In this document: one piece after another, positions 61,066-64,000 of the stretch
Position numbering within the stretch: the first letter of the stretch is position 1
How the letters are laid out: each line of letters opens with the position of its first letter
Assembly: GCF_009914755.1 (NCBI RefSeq)
Contig: NC_060926.1
Origin: the human T2T-CHM13v2.0 reference genome, Homo sapiens
Reading direction: 5' to 3' (one strand)
Length of the DNA stretch: 64,000 nucleotides
Made by a program: the position numbers and the translations under genes
The notes under the pieces: model-generated
Seen by the model: the letters and a program-made list of their open reading frames with translations, nothing else
What the model was told of the DNA's origin: nothing
Databases searched by the model: none

Positions 61066-61510
61066 CATTCATTCATTTGTTCAAGAATGATTTATGATTT
61101 ATCCAGTATTCACTATGTGCCAGGCAGTGGGCTGGTGCTGGGGATACACAGGAACATAGGCCAGATGCATTCTGATGGAGAGGACTGACCGCATATCTAG
61201 AAAGAGGCAAGTCAATAAGAAAGTTCGGATGGTTACAGATACTGAGAAGACAGCAGAGTGAGCACCTGGGGAAGAGTGTCTGGGGAGGTCTGGGTTAGGC
61301 ACGGTGGCCAGGGAACACGCGGGGAGGTGGTGGCATATGAGTGGAAACCTGGAGAGTGAGAAGGAGCCAGTTGTGGAAGCTCTGAGGAAAGAACATTCCA
61401 GGCAGAGAGAAGAGCAAAATCCCAGGCCTGGAGCTGGGGCTGAGCCCGGCCTGTTCAGGAGACCTAAAGAAACCCAGGGGGGCTGGAGCCCCAGAAAATC
61501 AGAGTGAGTA
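61066..61510 (-). mobile_element. L2 3' end, antisense (tail-to-tail with the preceding L2)
   Basis: cattcattcatt...actatgtgccaggca...ctggggatac...gaacattccaggcagag. Confidence 0.75.
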
Positions 61511-61815
61511 GGTGGCAGTGATGAAGCGGATCATTGCAGGGTGGGCCTCCCACGCTTCGAGGCCTTGCACACAGCACTTAGTGTCTCTGAGCCCCAGTCT
61601 CATCACCTTTTGCTAAGCAGGCATCGTACCACCCATCCCCAAGAGAGCTTTGAGGACTTGATGAGACGCAGCATGCAGAATGACCAGCACAGTGCACAGC
61701 CTGCAGCAGGCATGCAACAGAGGGCACTTCGAGATGGGAAGTCCTGTAATTCAGTAATGTCTAAGGGCTGTGGTCCAGGATGAGGAGCTCGTAATCCTTC
61801 CATCTCTCCTTACAG

Positions 61816-61986
61816 TTTCCTGCCCGGCTCTGAACACCCCCGCAGACGGCAGAAAGTTTGGAAGCAAGTACTTAGTGGATCACGAAGTCCATTTTACCTG
61901 CAACCCTGGGTTCCGGCTGGTCGGGCCCAGCAGCGTGGTGTGTCTTCCCAATGGCACCTGGACAGGGGAGCAGCCCCACTGTAGAG
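61816..61986 (+). CDS. FBLN7: FBLN7 exon 3 (171 nt), sushi/CCP domain (V)SCPALNTPADGRKFGSKYLVDHEVHFTCNPGFRLVGPSSVVCLPNGTWTGEQPHCR
   Basis: Acceptor ctccttacag| and donor AG|GTATCG; phase 1-1 module; CCP consensus C-P...F-C..GF.L.G...C...G.W....P.C. Confidence 0.96.
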
Positions 61987-62644
61987 GTATCGTCTCTCCT
62001 TCCCATCCCACTGCGCTGGACCCATCACAGTATAGCAAGGGTTTCTTGCATAGAAAGGGTCATTCCTTGGAACATTTTCTGCTTGGTTCTTTAATCATTC
62101 CTCAACCACAGAACAGCAGCCAATGTGCCTGATCACTCACCTCCATGCCAGGTTGGCGCTGGTCTCTATCTGTATGAGCTCACTATATCTTCACAATAAT
62201 TTAGTCTTGTTTTGCATATGGGGAAACTGAGGCACACAGAGGTTCAAGAACTTGCCTAAGGTTACACAGCTAGGGGGTGGGCGGCACAGTTAAGATGCTT
62301 GGCACCTGGACACTCTGACCCCAGAGTCTGCGCTCCTTCACACCACTCTCTGCTCTGGACACCAGTGACTTGTTCTTATCAATGTGAGGGCAAGAAGCTG
62401 CTCATGGGTTGGGGAAAGGGACCAGAGGAAGGTACTGCAGGATGATGCTGCTGTGGCTGCTCCGTTCTGGGCCTGCAGTCTGTCTGTGAGGCTGCTGGTA
62501 ACCTCTGGGGCTGAGGAAACTCCTCAGGTGTCCTTTCTGTCTGCATTGGGACTTGGTATCAAGAGGCTCCAGGAGAGTCCACTGTGTCGGGGAGGCATGA
62601 GAAGGCTTCTCTCTGTGCTAGGTTTAAAAACAGCACTTTTTTGA

Positions 62645-63231
<587 letters not shown>

Positions 63232-64000
63232 TAAAGATGAGTATGGATTGCCATGAGAAGCTCAGGGAAACCAGAATCACATTTACAATTTAGGCTTCTC
63301 TTTCCTGACCCCTGGAAAGAGTGATGATGGTTCAAAGGTTGATGACTGGCTCTCAGACCCACCTAGGAACCAGTCAGGAAGTAAAAGTCATGTAACATGC
63401 GAACAAAACAGGGGAAATGCCAATATCTGGTATTTACTTACTTGACTCTGAAAGATCTCAAGCCAGGTTAAGCACCTCCTGGGTGATAACCCATGGCGGG
63501 GGAGATGGGTACACACAGATATTTCATTTTTATTGTTTTGGGTGTCAGTATTTTTAACTTACAGATTGAGTTACAGACCCTGGTTGGTTTCCTTCTCGGT
63601 CTACTCCGCACTTTCAGGACCCATTTGCATTGCCACGTGCAGTCTGCTCCAGTGCCTCTGATAGCTGCCTCGTCCTCTCTGGGGTGCACCCCCACATCTG
63701 ATCTGTCCACCCCCTGCCATGGGCACCTGATTGCAGTCAACTCCCGGCCACCACAAACAATGTTGACAAGGCCTTCTTATCGCCCTACTTTGTCTCTGGG
63801 CTGTGTATCTGTGGCTGGAGAGGGCCTACTGGCTTCAGGCTCGCTTTGAACTGAGCACTGCCTGCCACTCAGCAGAAGGGCTGCACCTGCCCACGCACCC
63901 CCAAGCGGTGCTGCAAGCGAAAGCACATCTTACTTATGTGTGTGCTGTTTTTTCTTGCTTGCTCAGATATTATCCAAATATTCTGTCCTCAATGGCGACA

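Overview
Primate genomic DNA; the encoded peptides match human TMEM87B and FBLN7 as I recall them (chr2q13). The + strand carries the last four coding exons and a ~3.2 kb 3'UTR of TMEM87B (2979-16250), then a repeat-dense intergenic block (old L1, Alu, MaLR/LTR). After that come the CpG-island promoter and first three coding exons of fibulin-7 (FBLN7: signal peptide, coiled coil, sushi domain). Most ORFs in the supplied track are Alu, L1 or simple-repeat artefacts. The most unusual structure is a ~1.5 kb, 27-bp VNTR that begins exactly at the FBLN7 exon-1 splice donor. It multiplies that donor, and each unit reads GT...pyrimidine tract...CAG, giving an array of AG|GT junctions, some in frame. 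Second is a 49 x 38-bp VNTR in the last TMEM87B intron, with a single perfect 18-bp antisense arm just downstream. Also notable are a sense-oriented piggyBac MER75 element in FBLN7 intron 1, a tail-to-tail L2 hairpin, a ~220-bp alternating purine-pyrimidine tract and several nested or rearranged retroelements. Repeat boundaries and subfamilies are read by eye and are approximate.
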